In this document: positions 40,635 to 52,569 of the stretch, in pieces
Numbering within the stretch: position 1 is the first letter of the stretch
Layout of the letters: every line of letters begins with the position of its first letter
Assembly: GCA_951406725.2 (NCBI GenBank)
Contig: OX597814.1
Location: 72,106,001 to 72,170,000 of the forward strand
Origin: Octopus vulgaris
Lineage: Eukaryota
Reading direction: 5' to 3'
Length of the DNA stretch: 64,000 bases
Position numbers and translations under genes: made by a program
Notes under the pieces: model-generated
What the model was told of the DNA's origin: nothing
The model's input: the letters and a program-made list of their open reading frames with translations, nothing else
The model's database searches: none

Positions 40635-42285
40635 GGAGCATACTAGCTTCATTTCTTTCAAGCCCTCACAAGTCCTCTGTATTCAAAGTCCATGTTTCAC
40701 TGCCATATAACATAGCTGTATGTACACGAGCATCATACAATCTGCCTTTCACTCTGAGAGAGAGGCCCTTAGTTACCAACAAAAGTAGAAGCTCTCTGAA
40801 CTTCATCCACTCCATTCTTATCCTAGCAGCTACACTTTCAGAACTCCCTCCACCACTGCTAACTTGTTCTCCTAGATAACAGAAGCTGTCTATTGTCTGT
40901 ATTTTAATGTTTATTGTAACCTGCACATTTGTTACACACAAAGACTATATTCTCTGTTAACCTTCCTTTGATACCACTACACCTCTTATGTGTCCAAAGC
41001 TTGAACTGGGTACAATGTTTGGTGTTTCTACCAACACCCTTCTTACATATTGAGCAGACTTATGATTTGTCTGTTTCCATACTTACCAGGACTTTGGTTT
41101 TTGCTGAATTAACCTTAAAATTCTTAGATTCCTGACTTTATTTCCATTTCTGAAATTTCTACTCTAGGTCAGGTAGTGATTCAGCTATAAGAACAAGGTC
41201 ATCAGTATAGAGGAGATCTTCTACACAGATGAATTACTCTGTTAAAGCCTGGAGAACTAAGATGAACAAGACTGGACTGAGAACTGAGTCTTGGTGGACT
41301 CTTGCCTGTGCACTGAACTCGTTGCAAACCTTCACCTTACTGGCAGCATCCCTCTACCACTCCCACTAACCACTCCTCTATCCCTAGCTTCTGCACTAAC
41401 CATCAGATAAGTGAGTGGGGGACCCTGTCAAAAGCTTTTTCCATGTCAACAGAAGCCAGATACAGAGGCTTATTTTTGGCTATATATTTCTCCTGCTGTT
41501 GCCTAACCAAGAATATAGCATCAGTCATGCTCCTGCCTGACACAAACCTAAGCTGCATCTTATCTACACTAATTCTCTTCCTAATTAATTGGACTTTGAC
41601 CCTTTCTGTGCTTTCATCACCTGGCCCAGCAATATGATTCCTTTGTAACTATTTCTGTCTAAGGCATTACTTTTGCAACAGTTGACTATAATGCTGTTAC
41701 ACCAATCATTGGATATTACCCCCTCATGGGCAACCTGATATACAAGTGACTAGGCCATATCTACTCTGCCAGATATTTTAAGCATCTCATCGATGATTCC
41801 TGATGGGCTGGGATCTTTCCTTGTCTTCGTATCCTTAATTACTTTATCTACCAAGCCACTGTCAATTCAGATCCAAACTGATTCCTCAGTTGGGTCAATA
41901 TTTGGCAGATTCTCCTTCTCCCATTCATTCTCCACATTTAGCAACCTTTCATAATGGCATTTCCAAGCCTCTGTCCTTGCAGCATCATTAAATGCAAGTG
42001 AGCCATCATCCATGCAGACACATTTCTCTCCTATGACATCACGATTTTCTCTCATACACTGTCTTGCAATCCAAGTCTCTGGTCCTCATATTGCAGAATC
42101 CATCACACTTCAGTCCTTGTAGGGCTGTTATTTTTTTTTTTACTAATGGCCCTGTCACCTTAGGTTAAGAAGGGACTTTGCATCAGCCACAAATTTGGTC
42201 AGTAGCCCTCAGCGGGTTGTCCTATAGGAACCTGTGGTTGTCCTCCATGTTATATGTCACTATATCCTCTTTTTTCATCAAATGC
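40632..42285 (-). mobile_element. Older RTE copy, 5' part
   Basis: Minus ORF remnants SFCYLGEQVSSGGG..KFRELLLLLVTKGLSLRVKGRLYD and RENRDVIGEKCVCMDDGSLAF. Confidence 0.9.
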
Positions 42286-42640
42286 TGAACATCACACAGC
42301 CCGAGAGAATTTATCACAGGAAAGAAGAGAAGAAATTATACAAGATGCTCATCAGCATCACGCAGCCCGAGGGAATTTATTGCAGGAAAGAGAAGAATTT
42401 CTATATCAAAATGCAAATTCTCACAGATTAGAAAGGCAAAATCGATTTTGAAGATCTTTAAATATAGTCAGACAACACAATATTGACGCTCTTCAAATGG
42501 ACGTCAACATTACTCATCACTGTTGTGGCACCATGGAAGTACGGTGTCGGTTCTGCAGCTCCCTTATGTTTATGGGAGAAAAGACAAGTGGAAGCCAAGC
42601 TAATTCCAACTTTGGTATTTGTTGTAAGACTGGTTACTGA
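42285..42640 (+). mobile_element. Helitron Rep/helicase N-terminal fragment
   Basis: 42497-42640 encodes MDVNITHHCCGTMEVRCRFCSSLMFMGEKTSGSQANSNFGICCKTG, matching the G-x-M-x3-CxxC...E...F-xx-CC-xx-G zinc motif of Helitron RepHel; preceded by a repeated HHxARxNL.QER unit. Confidence 0.7.
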
Positions 42641-42729
42641 TACTTTCCATTACTTTTGAGTATACATGAGAAAAATAGGACATTAAACTACACATCGTTT
42701 AATAGGTACCCAAGTAATAATAATAGTAA

Positions 42730-43978
42730 TGAGATGAGGAAAGCTTGCCAGGACAGAAGGCATATGGTTGCCAAGTGGTGAAATGATGAAGGCAATTCAA
42801 CCTCAATCCAGCCATAAATACCTAGGAATACTTGAGGTAGATGGAATCAAACACCACAACATGAAGAAAAAGAAAAAAAGAGAGTACCTGCAGCGAGTGA
42901 GTAAAATATTGGCTCCAAAGCATAATTTCAGCAATAAACTCACCCGCAGTTGTAGTATGGCACTGAAATCCTTAAGTGGACAGAGGAGGTGCTAACGGAG
43001 ATGGACAGGAAGTCAAGAAAGCTCCTAACGATGCATGGAACCCATCATCCATGTGCAGACACTGATCACCTATACATGAAGAGAGCAAATGGAGGAAGGG
43101 AACTGATAAATATGGAAGGCTGTGGGATTGAACTCAAGAGTTTAGTGAGATACCTAGCCCAAAGTAAGAAAACCTTGCTAGTGACAGTTAGGAACGAGAG
43201 AGTATTGAGAACAGAGTACAAAAAGGACATGAAGAAGAATTATGCAAAAAGGGACTACACAAAGAGACTGAGACACTAAACTGGCAGTGTAATACCAAGC
43301 TTTGGCTACAAAATGGAGGGTCAATCTTAGGAATGAGCAAGTGTCTCTGCTGTGCCACATCTGCAATAGAGTGGATGAAACCATTGCTCATATCATGAAT
43401 GAATGCCCTAAACTTACCCAAAATTACAAGTTGTGGCGACACAACCAGGTAGCAAAAGTACTACATTGGAAACTGTGTGAAAAGTGAGGGCTAGAGAGAG
43501 GCAAGACATGGTATGAGCACAAACCACAGAGAGTGACAGAGTCAATGACCAGCAAAATCCTCTGGGGTTTCCCAATCCAAACAGACCAGACCTAGTGGTA
43601 CTGGACAAGGTGCACCACATATGCTTTATAGTTGATGTTGCATGCCCCTTTGACCCATGAATAGTCAAGCAGAAAGGCGAAAAGATAGATACAACCCTCT
43701 TAAGTTCGAAATAGCCCGGCTATGGAAAATGAAGAAGGTGAAGACAGTACCAATTATTGTTGGGTCCTTGAGAACAGTATCAGAAGGCATCAAGAGGAAT
43801 ATAAAGGAAATTGGAATAGAGTACCCAGTGGAACAGTTACAAAAGATTTGCCTCCTTGGCATGGCCAGAATAATCAGGAATGTATTAGATAGCTAAAAAG
43901 AACACCTGCTACACATGCAAGACTCTCAGAGCTCCAATAAAACCTATGATAAAGAGATAATGATGATAATAATAATAT
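42730..43978 (+). mobile_element. Dong/R4-like retrotransposon 3' fragment
   Basis: KYLGILE, DRKSRKLLTMHGTHHP.ADTDHLY..R..GGR, CHICNRVDETIAHIMNEC, RHN, RPDLVV, PIIVGSL; TAA-type repeats on both flanks. Confidence 0.85.
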
Positions 43979-44229
43979 GAGTGCTACAAAGTCAGGTTAG
44001 GAATAATGCTAGGTTGAAAAAACAAAGTTGCTTACCTGAACATTTCTTCATAACACATGCACACTGTATGAAAAAAGAAAAAATTCCATTTTTATTGATA
44101 TTCACTTTTTGCTTAATATCAAACATTTATTTTGAGAATACAACAGATTGGAGAGGGTACCATCAAATGTAATTTTTTTTTCAAATGAAGAATCAGTGAA
44201 TATATTTACTATATATATATATATATATG

Positions 44230-44407
44230 TGTAGGTCCCGGGTTGAGTCGGGGTTAACCACAGTAAATAAGGTACTCAATACATGGCAGAGTAAATTAAT
44301 TTATTTTATAGAAGGAGCTTCTACAGGACTAGAACTGTTTCATTCAAATGATGATTTCATTTGAATGAAACAGTTCTAGTCCTGTAGAAACTCCTTCTAT
44401 AAAATAA

Positions 44408-44410
<3 letters not shown>
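44230..44410. repeat. Fold-back remnant, probably a Penelope-like end, between (TA)n tracts
   Basis: 53-bp inverted arms at 44299-44351 and 44357-44409 with one mismatch and a 5-nt loop. Confidence 0.7.
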
Positions 44411-44445
<35 letters not shown>

Positions 44446-46182
44446 AATATTCATTCTACTATTTTTGTACCATACCATTTTTCTTTGATTGAAAGTGAAA
44501 CATTTTCATCCATTAAAGAGACTTGTCAATCATATGTGTAATTTATATCTTCAATTTGTAAATGAACATTATGGTAATTTAGTTGCTATTTTATTATTTA
44601 AAAAAAAATTCAAGTTGCATGATATGGTTTTAAACTGGTTGAGTAAAGGTATTAGCTTTTTGTAAAATTGATTGATGGCTCTTCTGCAGAACAGTTTAAA
44701 AGTACTTTTGTTGTAAAATAATGACAATAAAAAGATTATAAAAATATTAAATGATAAGTTAGACGGTTTATGGTAATTTGTTATTTGGAGGCTATTATGA
44801 TAAACAGCATCAGTAATCCTAACACTAACGTTAGATTGGGATTTTAAATGTTTGGTTCTATTATTTGATGGCTTCTAATAATAATTTTCTTCAATTGATA
44901 ACCTGAAGAATCAAGAAAGAAAATTGTTGCTGAAAGCTATTTCTTTACTAATTCTAGGATTTTTCACTAAAGACAAAGTATGGTTGAAATTAGATATTCT
45001 ATTGCTGTGTTGATATCAAATGTTTTCTTTAGCTTGGTCAGATTGCTTGTGTGATTATTGATTATTTATGTTTGTGAAATTAGTTTAATGCCATCAATGT
45101 GTTAATGAAGTGATAAGAATACTTGCATTGAATTTGAGAAGTGTGATACTACATCTTTAACCATAGTTGAAATTATTGGCTTTTTTATTCTCCTATTTTT
45201 TATTTCTTTCTGCATTTTTAATCTCTTTTTTTTGGAGAAATAGAAACATGTTAATTACTGTAATCATTCAAATTAACTTTACCAGCTATTGTCCAAGGAG
45301 AGGAGACATATTACAGTGAGTTGTTCCTGCCTTATAAAGTCAGTCACTTACTCAAAAGCAAAGCTGAACAAAATGATATGGAAAAATATCAGATAAATAT
45401 GTTACCAACCCAAATTTGTGATCAATAGTTCATGTATAACACTGTAAAAATATATACAGGATCCAAGAACTTGTTGAAATATAGTGATTACATTGGTCTG
45501 TGACAGCAATAAATATCAGCAGTATGCAAACAAAATAAATGAGGTGAAGAAAATTAAATTAGGTTATCCTCAACTCCGATGTTATTGTTGTGTAAAAATA
45601 CCCAGTACACACTGTAAAATAGTTGGTGTTAGGAAGGACATCCAGCTGTTGAAACCAAGTCAAATCAGACTGGAACCTGGTTGCCAGCTCTAGTCAAACC
45701 ATCCAACCTATACCAGCATGGAAAACGGATGTTAAAAGAGAAGGAGGAGGATATTCTTCACAAAGTGTGCTATTCTTGTATAATGAAATTCATATAGATT
45801 CTAAAAGCCTTATTATGGTACAGGCATAGCTGCATGATTAAGAAGTTTGTTTCCCAATTACATAGTTTCAGGTTCAGTCCTACTGCATGGCCCCTTTGGG
45901 TGAGTGTCTTGCACTAGCCCTGAACTAAACAAACCTTTATGTGTTGATTTGGTAGATGGAAACTAAAAGAAGCTTTGTTTGTGTGTAATCATCATTTAAT
46001 TCCCACTGTTTAATACTTAAATGGGTCAGACAGAATTCATTGAGGCAGGTTTTCAAAGGCTGGTTACTCTTCATGTCACTAACCCTCACATATTTCCAAT
46101 GGCTACACATGTTTTTCCATAGAAAACTGGAAACAAACAACACTTACATAATGTCAAGACAAAGATACTTACACACACACAC

Positions 46183-46487
46183 ATCATCATCATCGTGTAA
46201 CGTCCGTTTTCCGCGCTAGCACGGGTTGGACGGTTTCGACCGGGGTCTGGGGAGCCAGGGGCTGCCCCAGGCTCCAGTCTGGTCTGGCAGTGTTTCTACA
46301 GCTGGATGCCCTTCCTAACGCCAACCACTCCGCGAGTGTAGTGGGTGCATTTTACGTGCCACCTGCACAGGTGCCAGAGGGGTCTGGCATCGGCCACGGT
46401 CAGTTGGTGCTTTTTATGTGCCACCTGCACAGAAGCCAGTCGGGGCGGTGCTGGCATCGGCCACGTTCGGATGGTGCTTTTTATGTG
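46183..46487 (-). mobile_element. RTE 3' UTR/tail fragment
   Basis: Matches 810-1130; (CAT)n end; three TTTTAYGTG repeat cores. Confidence 0.9.
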
Positions 46488-46740
46488 GGGGGAGGGTGCA
46501 GAAATATAGGGGAGCACTAGTGGGGAGGGGTGTTCGGAGAAACGATGACAGGTTCTAGACAAGTAGAACGTAGGATATCACGAGAGGGGTAATGCATGGT
46601 GAAATAGCGTATTGAAGAGGGGGGTTCGAAGAGTAGACACCTATAATGGTGGTGGGAGAAGCGACATCCGGTATAGATGGAGCAAAAATATAGAGATATC
46701 CGGTATTGGTGGTGGGGGTGGGCAAGGGCGGGTGCACCGG

Positions 46741-47602
46741 GAATATGCGAAGGTTGAACTTGACGGGCTGGCTTAAAAATGCTCTTAGCAATGGAAGGGG
46801 GGAAAGGAAGAGGGGGGAGGGCAGACAACGTAAAAGAGGGAGAGAGAAGGGAATAGTGGAACCCCGCGAAAATCGGCCGCCATTGAAAAAAACCCCTGTA
46901 TGGAGAAACTTAAATATAAATATCTATTCTGTATTTAGCGAGACACGAAGCCGGAAACCGATGGTCAACAATAACTAATAAATTATACAGAATATGCAAT
47001 ACGAGGCGAAACTGAAAATAATAATAATACTAATAAACAAATTGTCGACTGGGGGTCAAAGGGATAATACTAATACTAATAATAATAATAATAAACAGCT
47101 TAACCACTAGAGATCAGACAAATTTGCATGAGAATATTACTGGTACAGATTACGGGATGAATTAGATTAGAAAGATTTTCTTATCTTGGGAACATTTCGT
47201 TTTTCGGCCTGACACGGCGAATATGTGAAGGTTGAACTTGACGGGGCTGGCTTAAAAATGCTCTTAGCAATGGAAGGGGGGGAAAGGAAGAGGGGGGAGG
47301 GCAGACAACGTAAAAGAGGAAGAGAGAGAGAGAAGGGAATAGTGGAACCCCGCGAAAATCGGCCGCCATTGAAAAAACCCCTGTATGGAGAAACTTAAAT
47401 ATAAATATCTATTCTGTATTTAGCGAGACACGAAGCCGGAAACCGATGGTCAACAATAACTAATAAATTATACAGAATATGCAATACACGGCGAAACTGA
47501 AAATAATAATAATAATAATACTAATAAACAAATTGTCGACTGGGGGTCAAAGGGATAATACTAATACTAATAATAATAATAATAAACAGCTTAACCACTA
47601 GA
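46741..47602. repeat. Near-identical direct duplication (~370-385 bp units)
   Basis: 46741-47111 and 47219-47602 differ only by a few substitutions and microsatellite-length indels; 107-bp spacer. Confidence 0.95.
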
Positions 47603-48669
47603 TATATATTTACCCACATGTGTGCTTCTTTCAGTTCCCATCTACCAAATCCACTCACAAGGCTTTGGTCAACCTGGGGCTTATGAAGACACTTGCTCAA
47701 AATGCCACACAGTGGGTCTGAATTTGAGACTACATAATCACAATGCAAGCTTCTTCTTAACCACATAGCCATGTCTGTACCTATAACCATATTTTAACTA
47801 GTGTGAGTGATATGCATCTGTGTATGTTTATGTGAGTGATTTTGTATTTTGTATATCCAGGCTTCTTCACACATCTTGACATGTTGCACAATCCTTGTAA
47901 ACAAAAGGTTTGTTTTGGAGTTGTTTGTTTCCAGTTTTCCACCCATACATGTCCAGGCTGTTTGTTGATGAATAGACTGGGAGATTACCACTTCACTTGA
48001 AAACAAGTAGTAATCTGCAGAAAACAGCTGCAGAAAACTTTGCCATAACATACTCCTATGTGACTCATGGAAGCATGGAAAAAGAGATGTTGAAATGATA
48101 TTGGTGGTTGTGGTGATGGTGACGGTAGAAACAGTGGCAATCCACAAATTGTGTCTACATCCTTTGAACTTATAATTTAATTTCTTTATTCATTGAAGTT
48201 GTTTACTGGATCATTGTGTATTTTCAACATAACCTTTGATAATACTTTCAAATAGTTTTTCATTCTAAATGTTGGCACAAACTATATCAGTAAGAATAAA
48301 AGTATGTCCAAATTTAAATTCTGACTAAGGATTACTTTTTGTTAAAGTACATGTGACCAACACATTAAACTTTCTACTCCTTGCAGCAGTTAAATTCAAC
48401 ATTCTATAAACTTATTTTTGTTGCCACCACAAACCCTCACCAGTTTCCTCAAATTCCAGATATTTTCCTATCTTAAAAATAGTCTGTCAAAGATGACAAG
48501 AAAACAAAAATTCAATATTTACCCTGTTAAATGGATTGAATTGTAAAACATGGGCAGGAATTTGAGGAATTAATATACGATAGTAATCTGTTCAATCTTT
48601 AGTCCTTAGTTAAAGATAGTTGACTCCACAAATTCTTCAGATTGTTGAACTTATATATATAAACTGTAG

Positions 48670-48884
48670 TTAACACTTTAGCATTCAGATTTCTCTGTCA
48701 AAGGTAATGCTTATTTATTCACATTGTTTTAAATTAATCATACATTATCTCATAGCTTCAAAACTTCAATGATGTGACTGTTTACTTTTAGGGTAGATGT
48801 GAGATGCTGGATCTTGCTGGTTTGAGCATGAGACAGATAGAATATTTGGGCCAAATGTGGCTGGTTTCAATACTAGATGGTTAA
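48670..48884 (+). mobile_element. MITE family A
   Basis: TTAA flanks; colinear with 3063-3290. Confidence 0.75.
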
Positions 48885-49259
48885 AGTTTCTAAGGTTGTA
48901 ATCTTAATGTATTCTAAATTAATACATCACATTGACTTTGTATGTATAGTTTAGTGTGACATAGTATTGTCAATTTGTATTTACTATAGCACAGTATGGT
49001 ATTGGCATATCACAACACTACATAATATCATTGTAATATTTTTTAATTCCATTGGTACACTCTACATAGTATTGTATAGTTTTAACACTTTGCATATTAT
49101 TTCATACTACTAACACTCTATGTATACAAAGCTATAATATAGTATTTACACTATATTATATTATCATATACCATTGACCATTTGTATCATTATATTATGC
49201 TGCTCAATATTTTTTATTTAAATGGTAAAAGTAATTACTTTGTTATTTTGCTATTTCAG

Positions 49260-49333
49260 GAATTGGTTGCCATTGAACTAAAAGAGAACAAACATAAAAT
49301 TTTGAATGGCCTTTTATATTACAAAAGATCCTT
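49260..49333 (+). CDS. NUP188: Internal coding exon (74 bp, phase 0 to 2), likely N-terminal exon of nucleoporin NUP188
   Basis: Acceptor ttattttgctatttcAG, donor GTgagt; encodes ELVAIELKENKHKILNGLLYYKRS, which aligns without gaps to the human NUP188 segment SQIEAELNKHWRRLLEGLSYYKPP (recalled from memory, not searched). Confidence 0.68.
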
Positions 49334-52300
49334 GTGAGTAGTATTTATTTCTATGTTGAATGTTGTTAACATGAGTTTATATAAGATATCATTTAAGGCA
49401 TGGCTGTCTCATAATATTGTGTTCCCTGATATTAGAATCAACCATAAAAAAATGTCTTTCTTTGAAGTTTCATGAGCCAAACCATGTCACTTAGTCTGCT
49501 ACATCATTACTTGTTTCTCTTTTTATTAATTACTGGAGACAGCATTGATTCTTACTGAAATTTTATTAGTTCAATATCTTTCATTGATATACTATATAGT
49601 GACTTACATTGCTTGCACACCTATGATAGGAAGGGAGGGATGATATTGTATGTTCCCATAGTTTGAGTAATGCAAATGAAATGAAATGACTTCAGTCATA
49701 ACTTAACTTGCCAGGAGCTTACCTCTCTTCTATGGCTGGGGTTACATTTTCAACAACAGACCTGGCTATTTTAGTGTTGCTGTTTCTTTTCTCTGGAGTT
49801 GCTCCTGTTTTTGATTCTGAAGGATTGAATGTGCAAAGTGAGTTTATTCTTGAATATATTCCCTCTAAGTACAATGGAATTATGTTGATACAAGAGACAC
49901 AGGAAGAATTCAGATTGCCAATTGATAATACTCTTAACTAAGTGAATTTGGAAAAGTACAGGATAAGAAGAAGTAGAAACTTAGATATTGCAGTTGAAGT
50001 TGGAATTGAAATATGAGAAAAAAAGTTTGACTCAAATGTAAAAGTATGCTCCTTCTTTAGATTCTAATTCCCCTTTAAAGAAAGTTCTATATGGAACTTC
50101 TTATATTTACTTTCTGTAAAATAAAATGTGGTGGGTGATGGAAGGGGATTGATGTTTAATGGAGATGTAGCCTATCTTTCAAAATTTAAAAATGTTCAGT
50201 TAACTTTGTCCTACAATTTCCCAACTATAGCTGAGCTCACATTTAGGTGTACAGAAATGTGAATTCATTTGATGGGAAGAGTGAGTAGGATGCACTTTAA
50301 CCTTCCTAATAACAGTCAAATAGGCAGTAGTGTCCTATCTGCCTTGAAATAATGAGAGCTAAATACTGCTGTGGTTTTAGTGATGTCTAACTTTTCTCAT
50401 AAAAAAAATGAAAATTTATCTCCATTAGACACAAAGGATTCAGAATCTATGCCCATGAAACTGGAAATTCTACACTCTTTCGCTTTTGATACCCAGAAAC
50501 TCTACCTTCACCCTTTGACTAACAAATCTATTTTCCCCAAAGTGCACAAGATTTTATTTTCTTCAGACTCAGCATAAACCATCGGGTATGATTTCAATTA
50601 GACAAGCACAGAGATGATTTTTCAAGTTTAACAATACTATGTCAGCATACTGCCCAAGAGCACCCAAGTCTTCCCTGTAATCTTTTCACTACATTTTTTT
50701 TCTATTCAAACCTCACAAAAGGCTTATTGTCTAAATCCAAATTCCAACATCAGCTGCAGTATTTTTAAGCAAGCTTCTGCTTCTTATCCTGTACTTTTAC
50801 TTGTTCATTTAATTAAGACTATTATCATTCCTACACCTGCCCTTTTCTTGCTTGTCCACTCTTTTTACAGGTAATGTTTTTTACAGACCCCTTAATTGTT
50901 ATTGTATAAAAGGTAAAAAAAGTTGAATTTTTTTCAAAAAGTTTAAACTATAGTTAAAAAGTAAGTTGTATAAATTGAAAATATATAAAAATGACATTGA
51001 AGAACTTGAGAAAAAGGAAAAAAATGCCATTAAAGCAGCAGTAGATTAATTAAACAACACCAGTCAGAGAGCAATAGCAAAATGAGTCAACCAGTTTGAA
51101 GCAAAATGAGTCTGATCTCAATTACATTCTCAACAAACACCTTGAGTACACCATAAACCTTCTTGTTAGTATGTTTGATCAGTAAGTTTTTTATGTTTTG
51201 AATGATCTTAATTTTTTTAAAACATGGCAATATGTCTACTCCATTTTCAAACCTCACAGCACCAAGGCAATACCTTTTCTCCTATAGAAAACACTACTAT
51301 AATATCTTGAATGTAAATAGAATAATAATTGAAAACTAAGAAATAAGCCAAAAGGAAATTTTTTAGTTGGAAGCAGGAACCAGATGCAAATCTATAAGAT
51401 GCATATATTGAGAGTAATAATCAATCTTTAATTTTACAAGTCACATTAAATTACTGTTTTGGCCTGAAGGCTTAAACATCTATACAGCACTCTCTCATTT
51501 TTATTTCATTGTTTTTTTGGGGTTTTTTTTTCTTTTTTTATCCAATCAATATTCTATCTCGAAATAGTGAAACACTGGTTCTTTTCAAAGAAAACTCATT
51601 TTCTGAAGTGCTAATATAAAAGCATCTACTAGTTTAGCTCCAACATTTCTAGATCCCCAAAAGTTTTCATTTGTGACTAAATCAAGTACAAGTTCAAAAC
51701 TAAAGGCATTATTATATGTAATAATAATAATTATAACAGCAACAATAGTTTCTGGTTTAAGGGTGGGTGACTAGTTGGTACTATTAACCTTAGTACTTGA
51801 CTGGTACTTTACTTTATTTACCTTTAAAGGACAAAGGTAAAGTTGAGCCTCAGCAAAATTTGAAATCAGAACTTGGAACAAAACATCACAAGGTATTTAT
51901 TTTTGAGTCTTTAGTGATTTTGCCTGCTTGCCACCTTTTGGCACCTAATTCAGGCACAAGGCCAGCAATTTTGAAGAAAGGAGGTTAGTCAGTTTCTTTG
52001 TCTCCAGTACTTGACTAGTACATTATTTATATGACCCAAAAGGGTGAAAGCAAAGTTGCTTTGGTGAGGTTTGAACTCAGAATCTAAGAGCTAAAAGACA
52101 TTGTTTCCAATGCTCTAATAATTCTTCCAACTTGCCATCCTAACTACAACAACAACAATAATAATTAGTAATCTATAAATTTTGCCTCAGGGATACTCAT
52201 TGCACATGGACGCATGAGTAGGAGGATTCTATATTTGCTTATATTAACTATGTTACTTGATTTGTACTTAATTGACATTGAAAGGAATCCCAGTGGAATG

Positions 52301-52569
52301 TGAACTCAGAACATAAAGGAACATAGCTAAATGCTTGACTTTTTATTCACCACTCTACTGTTTCTACTATAATAGTGCTTTCTACCATCTGTTACCCTAT
52401 AATAATTGTTAGTTCACATTGTACATTGGCTAGACAATCACAGTTAATTGATACGATGTACTCTTTAGCTCACTTCTGCTACTTTCAGCCATCCATCTAT
52501 TGCCACAATGGGGCAAGAGAATAGCATATGCTTACTAATAGATATAACTATTTCTTTGGATAACATGCA

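Noticed and set aside
47181-47369. Minus ORF MAADFRGVPLF.. as a first coding exon
   Set aside because: The frame is not preserved in the duplicate unit (microsatellite indels), and there is no recognisable homology
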